From NCBI GenBank assembly GCA_041302385.1, contig JBFYRF010000019.1:1-57719 (forward strand): a DNA stretch of 57,719 nt, written 5' to 3'. Below the pieces are notes generated by a model. The model was given only the letters and a program-made list of their open reading frames with translations. It made no database searches and was not told the DNA's origin. Position 1 is the stretch's first letter; each line of letters starts with the position of its first letter. Origin of the DNA: Anaerolineales bacterium (GTDB taxonomy: Bacteria > Chloroflexota > Anaerolineae > Anaerolineales > E44-bin32). Below, piece by piece: positions 46,501-55,974 of this stretch. The translations under genes were made by a program, and so were the position numbers.

Positions 46501-47736
46501 CTAGCCCGGCGGCAGCAAGCGAACGAAGCGGCGCTTGCCCACACGCAGGACCGAAGGCTGCGAGACCGCAACCGGCGCCGCTGCGTCCTCCAACAGCTGG
46601 TCTTCGAGACGAACCGCGCGCTGATCGATCAGCCGACGGGCTTCGCTGCGGGTAGAAGCGGTGCCGGCCTCTACCAGAAGGTCCACCAACGCCAGCCCCG
46701 GCCGCAGCTGGAACTCGGCTATCGTCTCCGGCGCCTGCTGCTCTTGGAAGACACGCCGGAAGGCCTGCTCGGCTGGATCGGAGGCCTGTGCGCCGTAGTA
46801 GATCGCGACGATCTCGCGGGCCAGGCGCATCTTGAGGTCCCGTGGGTGCACCTTCCCGGCGGATAGCTCCTGCTCTGCGGCGGCGATCTCCGAAGGCTCC
46901 CAGCGCGTCACCAGGCGGGCAAATGAAGGCATCGCCGCATCGGGGATGCTCATCACCTTGCCGTACATGTCTTCGGCGGTGGTGTTGAGCGGGATGTGGT
47001 TGCCCAACGACTTGCTCATCTTGATCACGCCGTCGGTCCCCGGGAGGATCCCCAGGATGATCCCGATGTTCGGCCGCTCTCCCAGGAACTCCATCACCTT
47101 ACGGGCCGCGGTGAGGATGTTAAACAACTGATCCGTGCCACCGACCTGCACGTCCGCTCGTAAGGCGTAGGCGTCATAGCCCTGCATGAGGGCGTAGAAG
47201 GTCTCGTGAAGGTAGATCGGATCGCCAGCCTCCCATCGGCGGCGGAAGTTCTCCCATGTGAGGAACTGCTGCAGGGTGAAGTTGGACGCCAGCCGGATCA
47301 GGTCGGCGAAATTCAGGGCGGACAGCCAGCTGTCGTTGTACTCGATACGCGTCGCCTGCGGGTCGAGAATCTTGAAGGCCTGCCGGGCGTAGGTCTCGGC
47401 ATTGTGCGCCGTCTGCTCGGGAGTGAGCTGCGGTCGCAGCTTGTCCTTGTCGGACGGGTCGCCAATCAGGGAAGTGAAGCGCCCAACCAGGAAGGTCACT
47501 TCATGTCCGAGCTGCTGGAACTGGCGCAGTTTGCGCATGGGCACGGTGTGTCCGAGATGCAGGTCGCTGGTGCGCGGATCGAATCCGCAGTACACGCGCA
47601 GGGGCCGCCCTTCGGCCTGGGCCTGCTGCAACCGCTGCTCCAGCTCTGCAGCCATCGCCTGCTTCAGATGCTCGTCGCCGTACTCGGTCCCCTGCATCAG
47701 CAGGTCGACCTGCTCCTGGATCTCCAGGCCACGCAT
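46501..47736 (-). CDS. tyrS: Tyrosine--tRNA ligase
   Basis: YCGFDPRTSDLHLGHTV (HIGH motif), KMSKSLGN (KMSKS motif) and a C-terminal S4-like domain. The start is at MRGLEIQ, preceded by GGAGG. Confidence 0.95.
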   Translation of the reverse strand: MRGLEIQEQVDLLMQGTEYGDEHLKQAMAAELEQRLQQAQAEGRPLRVYCGFDPRTSDLHLGHTVPMRKLRQFQQLGHEVTFLVGRFTSLIGDPSDKDKLRPQLTPEQTAHNAETYARQAFKILDPQATRIEYNDSWLSALNFADLIRLASNFTLQQFLTWENFRRRWEAGDPIYLHETFYALMQGYDAYALRADVQVGGTDQLFNILTAARKVMEFLGERPNIGIILGILPGTDGVIKMSKSLGNHIPLNTTAEDMYGKVMSIPDAAMPSFARLVTRWEPSEIAAAEQELSAGKVHPRDLKMRLAREIVAIYYGAQASDPAEQAFRRVFQEQQAPETIAEFQLRPGLALVDLLVEAGTASTRSEARRLIDQRAVRLEDQLLEDAAAPVAVSQPSVLRVGKRRFVRLLPPG

Positions 47737-47887
47737 GCTAGCCTCCGTCGGCCGCTCAGCTCCACTCGCTACAGGCTTCACCACCGGCGGCCGGAGGGCG
47801 GATAGGCGGATTATACAGCCGGGCGCCTCGGTTCCCCGGGCGAGGGCGGTGCAGGCGTAGTATCATTTCCGGGTTAACGGAGGCTGG

Positions 47888-50632
47888 ATGTCGATCCACA
47901 CGCCCCTCTCGGGCCGCGCTATTCGCAAGGGATTCCTCGATTACTTCGCCGAGCGCGGCCACACGATCGTGCCCTCGATGTCGCTCGTGCCCGGTGGCGA
48001 TCCGACGCTGCTGTTCACCAACTCGGGCATGGTGCAGTTCAAGGACGTCTTCCTGGGCTCAGGCAGCCGCCCCTACCGGCGCGTCGCCGACAGCCAGAAA
48101 TGCCTGCGCGTCGCCGGCAAGCACAACGATCTGGACGACGTCGGCCGCGACGACTCGCACCACACGTTTTTCGAGATGCTTGGCAACTGGTCCTTCGGCG
48201 ACTACTACAAGGCCGAGGCCATTCCCTGGGCCTGGGAGCTGCTGACCGAGGTCTGGGGACTGGAGAAGAGCCGGCTCTGGGCCACCTGCTTCGAAGATGA
48301 GCAGGGGCAGATTCCCAGGGACGATGAAGCGGCGGAGATCTGGGCGCGCCAGCCCGGTTTCGACACCTCGCATCTGCTGTTCTTCGGCCGCAAGGAGAAC
48401 TTCTGGGAGATGGCCGATGTCGGCCCTTGCGGGCCGGACAGCGAGATCCACATTGACCTGGGGCCCGAGTTCTGCGATCTGTCCGGCGTTCCGGGCCATG
48501 TCTGCCAGGTGAACGGCGAGTGCAAGCGCTTCCTCGAGCTGTGGAACCTGGTCTTCATTCAGTACAACCGGTCCAGCCCGACGGATCTCAAGCCCCTCCC
48601 CAGCAAGCACGTCGACACCGGCATGGGACTTGACCGGGTGGTCTCCGTCTTGCAGGGGGTTGACTCCAACTACAAGACCGACCTGTTCACGCCGATCCTG
48701 GATCGGATCCAGCAGCTCGCCGGCCATACAGCCGAGCGGCGCCAGGATCTGCTCACGCCTTACCGGGTGATCGCCGATCATGTCCGGGCGGCGACGTTCC
48801 TGATCGCCGATGGCGTCGTGCCCGGCAATGTCGGGCGCAACTACGTCTGCCGGATGATCGTCCGGCGCGCCAGCCGATTCGGGTCGAAGGCAGGATTCGA
48901 CGAGCCGTTCCTGGGCCAGGTCGCCGAGACCGTGCTCGAGGAATACGGGGATGTCTACCCGGAGATCCTGCGCAACCGCCCGGCTGTGATGACCACGCTG
49001 CTGGATGAAGAGCGGCGATTCCAGCGCACTGTGGAGACCGGCGTCAGCCACCTCGACGAGATGATCCGCGCCGCCAATGCGCAAGGCACACGCCTGCTGT
49101 CTGGGTCGCAGGCCTTCGACCTGTATGCCACCTATGGACTCCCGCTTGAGATCACGCGCGACATCGCCCGCGAATCCGGCCTCGAGGTCGAGGAGGCCGC
49201 CTTCCGCCAGGCAATGGAAACCCACCGCGATGCATCGTCGGCCGGCGCGGCCTGGGAAGCGGATGCCGGAGAGGTCCCGCAAGAGGTCTATCAGCAGGTG
49301 CTTGCCGAGTTGCAGGCGGGCGGCAGCCTGCCGGCGCAAGGTGTGCAAGTGGATCCCTATGCAGGATTTGAGAGCGAGGCGCCGCTGCTGGCCATCGTCG
49401 GGCCGGGGGGTGGCCTGGCGCAGGCCGGCCCCGGGGATCGAGTCGGCCTGGTGTTGGCGGCACACAACTTCTACGCCGAGTCCGGCGGCCAGGTCAACGA
49501 CATGGGGACGATCGTCTCGGTGCGCGAACCGCGCTGGGAATTCGAGGTGCAGTCGGTGCTGCGCCCTGTCGCCGGGCTGAGCTTGCTCCAAGGCACAGTG
49601 GTTCATGGCCAACCGCGCCCGGGGGATCTGGCGATCGCCGCCGTCAACCGCGAGCGGCGCTGGGACATCATGCGCAACCACACCGCCACACACCTGCTGC
49701 ACGGGGCGCTGCGGTCTGTTCTCGGCGAGCATGCTCGCCAGGCCGGGTCGCTTGTCGCTCCGGATCGGCTGCGCTTCGACTTCACCCACCCGCAGGCGAT
49801 GACCGCCGACGAGATCAGGCGAGTCGAGAGCATGGTACAGCAGGCGATCCTGAACAACTTCGACGTGGTTAGCCGCGTTAAGCCGCGCCAGGAAGCGATC
49901 AGCGAGGGCGCGATGGCGCTCTTCGGTGAGACGTACGGCGAGAGCGTTCGCACGATCTCGATCGGCGACGAAGAGCGGGTGTCGTACGAGCTGTGCGGCG
50001 GGACGCACGTGCCGGAGACCGGGATCATCGGGTCGTTCCTCATCGTCTCCGAAGGCAGCGTTGCCGCCGGGATCCGGCGCATCGAAGCCCTCACCGGCCG
50101 GGCAGCACTCGAGCTGATGCACGCCCGCATGCAGTCCCTCGACCGGTTAGCCCGCCTGCTCGGGACTTCGCCCGAGGCGGTCGAGGCGCGCCTCCAATCG
50201 CTTCTCGGGGAAGTCTCGACCCTCGAGCGCCGGCTGGAGGCTCTCCGCCTGCAGCAGGCGGAGAGCGAGGCGCTACAGCTACAGCCGGAGCAGGTTAAGG
50301 GAGTCACCCTGATCCGAGGGACGGTGGGATCGGCCGAGGCGGACACCCTGCGTAGCCTGATCGACCGGTTGCGCACCCAGCATCCATCGAGCGTGATTGT
50401 CCTGGCCTCCGCCCCGGATGACCGGCCGGTGATCGTGGCCGCGATCAGCCCAGACTGGGTGGCACGCGGGTTGCACGCGGGAAACCTGGTCAGGCAAGCC
50501 GCGGCGATCATGGGCGGCGGCGGAGGGGGCAAGCCGGGCATGGCCCAGGCCGGCGGCAGGGATGCTAGCAAGCTCACAGCGGCACTCGACCAGGCGAGGG
50601 ACTACATCGGCGAGCACGTGCACCCAGCCTAA
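47888..50632 (+). CDS. alaS: Alanine--tRNA ligase
   Basis: FTNSGMVQFKDVFLG, RVAGKHNDLDDVGRD.SHHTFFEMLGNWSFGDYYK, the editing domain HTATHLLH...CGGTHV, and a C-terminal DHHA1-type GGGGGKP. Confidence 0.97.
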   Translation: MSIHTPLSGRAIRKGFLDYFAERGHTIVPSMSLVPGGDPTLLFTNSGMVQFKDVFLGSGSRPYRRVADSQKCLRVAGKHNDLDDVGRDDSHHTFFEMLGNWSFGDYYKAEAIPWAWELLTEVWGLEKSRLWATCFEDEQGQIPRDDEAAEIWARQPGFDTSHLLFFGRKENFWEMADVGPCGPDSEIHIDLGPEFCDLSGVPGHVCQVNGECKRFLELWNLVFIQYNRSSPTDLKPLPSKHVDTGMGLDRVVSVLQGVDSNYKTDLFTPILDRIQQLAGHTAERRQDLLTPYRVIADHVRAATFLIADGVVPGNVGRNYVCRMIVRRASRFGSKAGFDEPFLGQVAETVLEEYGDVYPEILRNRPAVMTTLLDEERRFQRTVETGVSHLDEMIRAANAQGTRLLSGSQAFDLYATYGLPLEITRDIARESGLEVEEAAFRQAMETHRDASSAGAAWEADAGEVPQEVYQQVLAELQAGGSLPAQGVQVDPYAGFESEAPLLAIVGPGGGLAQAGPGDRVGLVLAAHNFYAESGGQVNDMGTIVSVREPRWEFEVQSVLRPVAGLSLLQGTVVHGQPRPGDLAIAAVNRERRWDIMRNHTATHLLHGALRSVLGEHARQAGSLVAPDRLRFDFTHPQAMTADEIRRVESMVQQAILNNFDVVSRVKPRQEAISEGAMALFGETYGESVRTISIGDEERVSYELCGGTHVPETGIIGSFLIVSEGSVAAGIRRIEALTGRAALELMHARMQSLDRLARLLGTSPEAVEARLQSLLGEVSTLERRLEALRLQQAESEALQLQPEQVKGVTLIRGTVGSAEADTLRSLIDRLRTQHPSSVIVLASAPDDRPVIVAAISPDWVARGLHAGNLVRQAAAIMGGGGGGKPGMAQAGGRDASKLTAALDQARDYIGEHVHPA

Positions 50633-50698
50633 TGTGGCTATGCGCAACCCCGCCAGCGATCCAGCCGCACCGCCCCAGTCAAGGAAGACGTTGCAGCA

Positions 50699-52210
50699 AT
50701 GAAGCTCGAGATCCTTGAGCTCGAACCCCAGGACGACCGGGCATCCGTCCGTGACCGGCTCGCCTCTTCGCAGGCGCCGCGGGTCATCCTGGTCTTCCCC
50801 AACCGGGGTCGAACCCGCCTGACCCGACTCGATCTTGTCCTGCTGCACCGCCAGGCGGCGCAGCGCGGGCGGGAGTTGGGCTTGGTCACCCGCCATCCGC
50901 TGTTACAGACCGCCGCCGAAGCCGCCGGAATCGCTCACTTCCCATCCATCGATCACGTGCCGGAAGCCGAGTGGCCCCATTCTCGCCCGGCACCTTCCGC
51001 CCTTGCCCAGGCGCGGGCGTCAGGCCGCTCAGGAGAGCTTCCACCCCGGCCACCCGCTGCCCTCTTGCGGCCCGGCCGCGGGCTGCTGCGCTGGCTGTGG
51101 ATCGGCGTTGCTGTGATTTCGCTGCTCGTGCTAGCGGCAGCGGTCGTTCCCACAGCCGACGTCTTGCTCGTGCCAGCCAACGAGGCGCGGCAGGAAACGA
51201 TCAAGCTGAAGGCCAGCCTCTCCTCGCCCGGGGGGCTGCCCCCCGCCGGGCTGCCCCCCGGCCTCCTCGCCTCTCGGCAGGTCGAGGTCGGGCTGGAGGA
51301 CACTCTGCGCCTGCCAACCACTGGAAGCTCGCTGGCGCCTGAGACGCCCGCCGGCGGTGAGGCATTGTTCACCAACCTGGGCGCGGAACCAGCGACCATC
51401 CCCGAAGGAACGAGCGTCCGTTCGAGCGGGCACGACCAACTGCGCTTCACCACAACCGTAGTCGCTGAGCTTCCCGCGGGTCAGGGCAGCACGGTGAGTG
51501 TCCCGATCCAGGCGGCTCAGGCCGGATCGCCCGGGAACCTGCCGGCCGAGTCGCTTGACTCGCTCGACGGGCCACTCGGCTTGCTGGCCTCGGTCTCCAA
51601 CCCCCGGGCTTTGTCGGGCGGAGCCGACCGCAGCCAGGCGACCGTGGCCCAGGCCGACCTGCTTGCTTTGCAGCGCGCACTCGAAGACCAACTGCTTGAG
51701 CAAGCCGGCACCGCTCTGCTCGACGAACTGCAGGCAGGGGAACGCCTGCTCCCGGGCTCGCTGCGGGTCGTGGCGGTTCTCGATCCGACCTTCGACCGCG
51801 CGCCGGGGGACCTGGCCAGCAGCGTAGGCTTGCGCCAGCAGGTTCGTATCGCAGGGCTGGCCGCCCAGCAAGCGGATATGGAGGAAGCCGTGTGGAAAGT
51901 CATCGCGGCCGACCCCGAACCGGACTGGCTGCCCGCCCGGCCGTCTCTGGTGATCACCGATGTCTCTCCCGGCGCGGAGGAGGACAGCGAGGTGAATGTC
52001 GCCGCGCGCTGGACAGTCGCTCGCCCGCTGGATCGGGTTCGTCTCGCCCGGGCAATCAGCGGCCGGTCGGTGGTCGAAGCCGATCAAGTCCTCCAGCGCT
52101 CGGCGGAGCTCGCTGAGGATCCGCAATTCCGAGTCCACCCGCCCTGGCTCAACCGCATGCCCTGGATCGGCAGTCGAATCCGGATCACCTCTCCCTGGGA
52201 GGGTCTGTGA
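50699..52210 (+). CDS. Single-pass membrane protein of unknown function, with a segment resembling baseplate-J/gp47-like domains
   Basis: 503 aa: an N-terminal ~90-aa soluble domain, a linker, one TM helix (WLWIGVAVISLLVLAAAVV), then a large extracytoplasmic part. The stretch TVSVPIQAAQAGSPGNLPAESLDSLDGPLGLLASVSNPRALSGGADRS fits the pattern I associate with baseplate J family proteins. This has not been verified. Confidence 0.65.
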   Translation: MKLEILELEPQDDRASVRDRLASSQAPRVILVFPNRGRTRLTRLDLVLLHRQAAQRGRELGLVTRHPLLQTAAEAAGIAHFPSIDHVPEAEWPHSRPAPSALAQARASGRSGELPPRPPAALLRPGRGLLRWLWIGVAVISLLVLAAAVVPTADVLLVPANEARQETIKLKASLSSPGGLPPAGLPPGLLASRQVEVGLEDTLRLPTTGSSLAPETPAGGEALFTNLGAEPATIPEGTSVRSSGHDQLRFTTTVVAELPAGQGSTVSVPIQAAQAGSPGNLPAESLDSLDGPLGLLASVSNPRALSGGADRSQATVAQADLLALQRALEDQLLEQAGTALLDELQAGERLLPGSLRVVAVLDPTFDRAPGDLASSVGLRQQVRIAGLAAQQADMEEAVWKVIAADPEPDWLPARPSLVITDVSPGAEEDSEVNVAARWTVARPLDRVRLARAISGRSVVEADQVLQRSAELAEDPQFRVHPPWLNRMPWIGSRIRITSPWEGL

Positions 52211-52602
52211 TGGGCCGCGTGCTGGCGATCGATCCCGGGGAGGTACACCTAGGGGTTGCCCTGTCCGATCCGACCGCAACGATCGCACGCCCGCTGCAGG
52301 TCCTGCGGCACAGCTCGCGCCAGCGCGATGTGCAGGCGCTGCTAACTGCCGCTCGCCAGCACGAAGTCGAGCGGATCGTCGTCGGCGTGCCTTACAACCT
52401 CGACGGCGAGGTCGGCCCACAGGCCCGCAAAGCTCTGCGCCTGGTGGAGGCGCTGCGCGGGGCCACCGTCCTGCCGGTAGTGACCTGGGACGAATCTGGC
52501 TCCTCTCTGGCCGCCGGCCGGCGGCGAGGGGACGATCCGATGGAGCACGCTCGGGCGGCAGCGGTGATCCTGCAGGAGCATCTGGATGCGGCGGCGAAGT
52601 AG
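52210..52602 (+). CDS. ruvX: Putative pre-16S rRNA nuclease / Holliday junction resolvase-like protein RuvX (YqgF)
   Basis: GRVLAIDPGEVHLGVALSD...IVVGVPYNLDGE.GPQA...DES.SS. The ATG at 52210 overlaps the upstream TGA. There is an alternative GTG at 52207. Confidence 0.9.
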   Translation: MGRVLAIDPGEVHLGVALSDPTATIARPLQVLRHSSRQRDVQALLTAARQHEVERIVVGVPYNLDGEVGPQARKALRLVEALRGATVLPVVTWDESGSSLAAGRRRGDDPMEHARAAAVILQEHLDAAAK

Positions 52603-53719
52603 CTCGATTCCCGGGTGTTTGATCTTCGCCTCGCTCGGGCTGGTGCTGTGCATGATCGGCGTCGCTGCTGCGGCGATTCTCGCCGGTGGCTCGGCTCCCT
52701 CGCCCGCGCCAGACCCCAGCCAAGACGGGCCGCCCGGTGCCGAGCGAGCGCTGCTCCAGATCTACCTCACCCTGCGTGCCCCGGCGCTCAATCGGCCGGC
52801 CGGCAATCCTGAGACACTGGCCGAGATCACCGTCCTTCCCGGCGAATCGGCCGAGGTCGTCATCCAGCGCCTGGCCGAGGCGGGAATCGTCCAGGACGCG
52901 GCGCTGCTGCGTTCGTACCTGCGCTACTACCGCCTCGACACCCGGATCCAGGCCGGACGCTACGCCCTCACGGGTGAGATGTCGATTCCGCAGCTTGCCG
53001 AAGCGCTGCAACTGGCGATTGTCCACCAGGCCCGGCTGACGGTCCCGGAGGGATGGCGGCTGGAGCAGATCGCCGATGCGCTCCCGTCTGAGGGCATCGA
53101 CTTCACCGCCGCCGAGTTCATTCAGGCGGCAAGCCAGGCCGAGAAGCTGGAGGCAGTTCTCGGAATCACAGCTGCCAACACCGAAGGATACTTGTTCCCG
53201 GAGACCTACGCCCTGGGAGCCGGCACCTCGGCCGAGGAGCTGGTCGACACGATGCTCTCCACCTTCGAGGAGCGCGTCTCGGCGGAGCTCCGCAGCGGAT
53301 TCGAGGCTCAGGGATTGTCGCTCCAGCAGGCCGTCACGCTGGCCTCGATCGTCGAGCGCGAGGCGATCGTGCCCGAAGAACAGCCGCTGATCGCCGGAGT
53401 CTTCCTCAACCGGCTGCGGATTGGCATGCGCCTGGAAGCCGACCCCACGGTGCAGTACGCTCTCGGCCGCCAGCCGGGTGGAGAGTGGTGGAAGGCGCCC
53501 CTTACACTGGCGGATCTCGAACTCGACTCACCCTACAACAGCTACCTGTACTCCGGTGTGCCGCCCGGTCCCATCGCCAACCCGGGCCTGAGCGCGCTGC
53601 AAGCGGTCGCTTTCCCCGCTCAGACCGAGTTCCTGTTCTTCCGGGCCGCCTGTGACGGGTCGGGCCGCCATCAGTTCGCCCTCACCTTCGACGAACATCT
53701 CGGCAACGCCTGTCCCTGA
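52586..53719 (+). CDS. mltG: Endolytic murein transglycosylase MltG (YceG-like)
   Basis: N-terminal TM helix, then TVPEGWRLEQIA...EGYLFPETY...LASIVEREA...GVFLNRL...MRLEADPTVQYA...SPYNSYLYSGVPPGPIANPG. Confidence 0.9.
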   Translation: MRRRSSSIPGCLIFASLGLVLCMIGVAAAAILAGGSAPSPAPDPSQDGPPGAERALLQIYLTLRAPALNRPAGNPETLAEITVLPGESAEVVIQRLAEAGIVQDAALLRSYLRYYRLDTRIQAGRYALTGEMSIPQLAEALQLAIVHQARLTVPEGWRLEQIADALPSEGIDFTAAEFIQAASQAEKLEAVLGITAANTEGYLFPETYALGAGTSAEELVDTMLSTFEERVSAELRSGFEAQGLSLQQAVTLASIVEREAIVPEEQPLIAGVFLNRLRIGMRLEADPTVQYALGRQPGGEWWKAPLTLADLELDSPYNSYLYSGVPPGPIANPGLSALQAVAFPAQTEFLFFRAACDGSGRHQFALTFDEHLGNACP

Positions 53720-53775
53720 GCGTCGACCCCGGTATGCAGCACATTGGGATTGGGACCTCTTGAGGAGAACAGCTC

Positions 53776-55740
53776 ATGCCGACGCGTGTGATCGCTCCCT
53801 TTGGCTCGTGGGCTTCGCCCGTCTCGGCGGCCAAGGTCGCTTCGGCTGGGACGACCCGCGGCACATTAGAGGAGCTCCACCTATCCGGCGACAGTGCCTA
53901 CTGGTCCCAGATCCTGCCCGAGCAGGGTGGACGATCTTCGTTGACCCGCTGGACCCCGGCGGCAGGCACGCAGCCGCTGCTGCCCAGCGGATTCAGCGTC
54001 CGCACGCGGGTGCACGAGTATGGCGGCGGAGCGTTGGTCATCGGGCGCGGCTTTCTTTGCTTCGTCAACGATCTCGATCAGCGCCTCTACCGCCTCGACC
54101 CCGGCCGCCCTCCCCGCCCGATCACGCCTGAGCCGGATGCTCCGGGCTCGTTGCGCTATGCCGACGGCGAGCTCACGACCGACGGTCGCCAGCTCATCGT
54201 AGTTCGCGAACGGCATACGGATGGAACTGTGGTCAACGACCTCGCCCTGGTCTCCACTACCGGCGAGGCGCACCCCCGCACGCTGATTGACGGACACGAC
54301 TTCTACGCCTTTCCCCGCCTGCACCCCGGCGGTCACCTGCTGGCCTGGACGACGTGGGACCTGCCGGACATGCCCTGGCAGGGAAGCCAACTCTGGGTTG
54401 CCGGGTTGGACGGCGATGGGAATTTGGGAACCCCGCGCAGGGTCGCCGGCGGAGAAGGAGAATCAATCTTCCAACCCGCCTGGAGCCCAGATGGCAGGCT
54501 GCACTTTGTCAGCGACCGGAGCGGATGGTGGAACCTGTACGCCCTTCAGCCGGATGGCACGCCCTCCGCTCTGCTGCCAGTTTCTGCCGACCTCGGCCTG
54601 CCCCAGTGGGGGCTCGGCTTCTCGCGCTACGTGTTTTTGCCGGGGGGGGATATCGCCTGCCTGGTCACCGACGACGGGATGGACGGATTGTGCCTGCTTT
54701 CGCCGAACCGCGGTCGTCTGGACCGGCTGCCAACCGGCCTCACCTGCTGCTATCCGCCGCAACTGCGTTGGGACGGGCGCAGTCTGTGGATGCTTGGCGG
54801 TTCGCCGCAGCTGCCGCAGTCCGTCGTGCGCTTCGATGTGGCGCGGCGCCAGCGGCAGATCGTGCACACCCCGATCGACGTCAACCTCGATGATCGGGAT
54901 CTCTCCATCCCCGAGCACCACTCCTTCGAGAGCACCGATGGCCGCACGGCGCACGCCTTCTACTACCCTCCTCGCTCAGCTCGATTCCGCGGTCAACGCC
55001 AGGAGCGCCCACCGCTGCTCGTCGCCAGCCATGGCGGGCCGACCTCGTCAGCCCACACCTTCTTATCGCTGTGGATTCAGTACTGGACCAGCCGAGGGCT
55101 GGCGGTGGTCGACGTCAACTACGGGGGGAGCAGCGGATACGGTCGAAGCTACCGCAACCTGCTGCAAGGGCAATGGGGCGTGATCGACGTCGAGGACTGT
55201 GTGCAGGCGGCTGTGGCGTTGGCCAATCAAAGCCGGGCGGATGGCAACCGCCTGCTGATCCGCGGCAGCAGCGCCGGCGGTTTCACCACCCTCTCGGCCC
55301 TGGCGTTCTACCGCGTCTTCGCTGCCGCAGCTTCTTACTATGGGGTCGCCGACATCGAACCTCTGGCGCAGACTACCCACAAGTTCGAAGCCGGATACTT
55401 CGACTGGCTGATCGGCCCGTATCCCCAGGCCAAGACGCTGTACGCCGCGCGCTCACCCATTCATCACCTGGAGCGCTTCGTCACCCCGGTAATCCTGTTT
55501 CAGGGAGAGGAGGACCGCGTCGTCCCGCCGGCGCAGTCTGCCTCCCTGGCGGCGGCCCTGGAGGCGCGCCGCGTCCCGCACGTGCTGCTGACCTTCCCCG
55601 GCGAAGGTCACGGGTTCCGCAACGCCGACAACATCCGTGCCTGCTATCAGGCGGAGTTGTCGTTCTACGCGCAAGTGCTGGGCTTCCCGCTCGGCGAGCG
55701 GCTCCCGCCCGTCCCGGTTCGACACCTCGAATCTGGGTGA
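53776..55740 (+). CDS. S9-family serine peptidase (prolyl oligopeptidase/acylaminoacyl-peptidase type) with N-terminal beta-propeller
   Basis: The C-terminal alpha/beta hydrolase has the nucleophile elbow IRGSSAGGF. Also present are FQGEEDRVVP and HGF. The N-terminal region is WD-like repeat-rich. Confidence 0.9.
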   Translation: MPTRVIAPFGSWASPVSAAKVASAGTTRGTLEELHLSGDSAYWSQILPEQGGRSSLTRWTPAAGTQPLLPSGFSVRTRVHEYGGGALVIGRGFLCFVNDLDQRLYRLDPGRPPRPITPEPDAPGSLRYADGELTTDGRQLIVVRERHTDGTVVNDLALVSTTGEAHPRTLIDGHDFYAFPRLHPGGHLLAWTTWDLPDMPWQGSQLWVAGLDGDGNLGTPRRVAGGEGESIFQPAWSPDGRLHFVSDRSGWWNLYALQPDGTPSALLPVSADLGLPQWGLGFSRYVFLPGGDIACLVTDDGMDGLCLLSPNRGRLDRLPTGLTCCYPPQLRWDGRSLWMLGGSPQLPQSVVRFDVARRQRQIVHTPIDVNLDDRDLSIPEHHSFESTDGRTAHAFYYPPRSARFRGQRQERPPLLVASHGGPTSSAHTFLSLWIQYWTSRGLAVVDVNYGGSSGYGRSYRNLLQGQWGVIDVEDCVQAAVALANQSRADGNRLLIRGSSAGGFTTLSALAFYRVFAAAASYYGVADIEPLAQTTHKFEAGYFDWLIGPYPQAKTLYAARSPIHHLERFVTPVILFQGEEDRVVPPAQSASLAAALEARRVPHVLLTFPGEGHGFRNADNIRACYQAELSFYAQVLGFPLGERLPPVPVRHLESG

Positions 55741-55974
55741 CATCCTTCCGCGCCAGAGGCGCGATTCGTCGCTCCGGCCGCCGCCAAGAAGCGTGGTTCT
55801 AGTCGTTCCCGAGAGGCGCGCCCGGCACCGTTCGTCGGCCAATGACGAACATCTGTTGCACTGGGGAAACCCTGCACTGCCCCGTAATCCAGCCATCGCC
55901 TATCTTAACTAGTGTATATCGCCGTCCCGGCCCGCGCCGGAAGGGCACTGCTTGGAGAACGAGAGGTGCGAGGT

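Noticed and set aside
47737-47887. T-box or other riboswitch between divergent tyrS and alaS
   Set aside because: The region is only ~150 nt and is shared by two divergent promoters. I could not find a specifier/T-box (AGGGTGGNACCGCG-like) sequence or a terminator/antiterminator pair.
48059-50122. 687-aa ORF on the minus strand
   Set aside because: It is antisense to alaS and is a shadow ORF.
51131-53026. 631-aa ORF on the minus strand
   Set aside because: It is antisense to the 50699 ORF, ruvX and mltG, spans three real genes, and has Arg/Gly/Pro-rich composition.
55830-55850. Hairpin GTTCGTC-ggccaat-GACGAAC after the S9 peptidase gene as a terminator
   Set aside because: It has only a 7-bp, partly A/T stem and no U tract. 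That is too weak to call, so I leave it as a possible terminator only.
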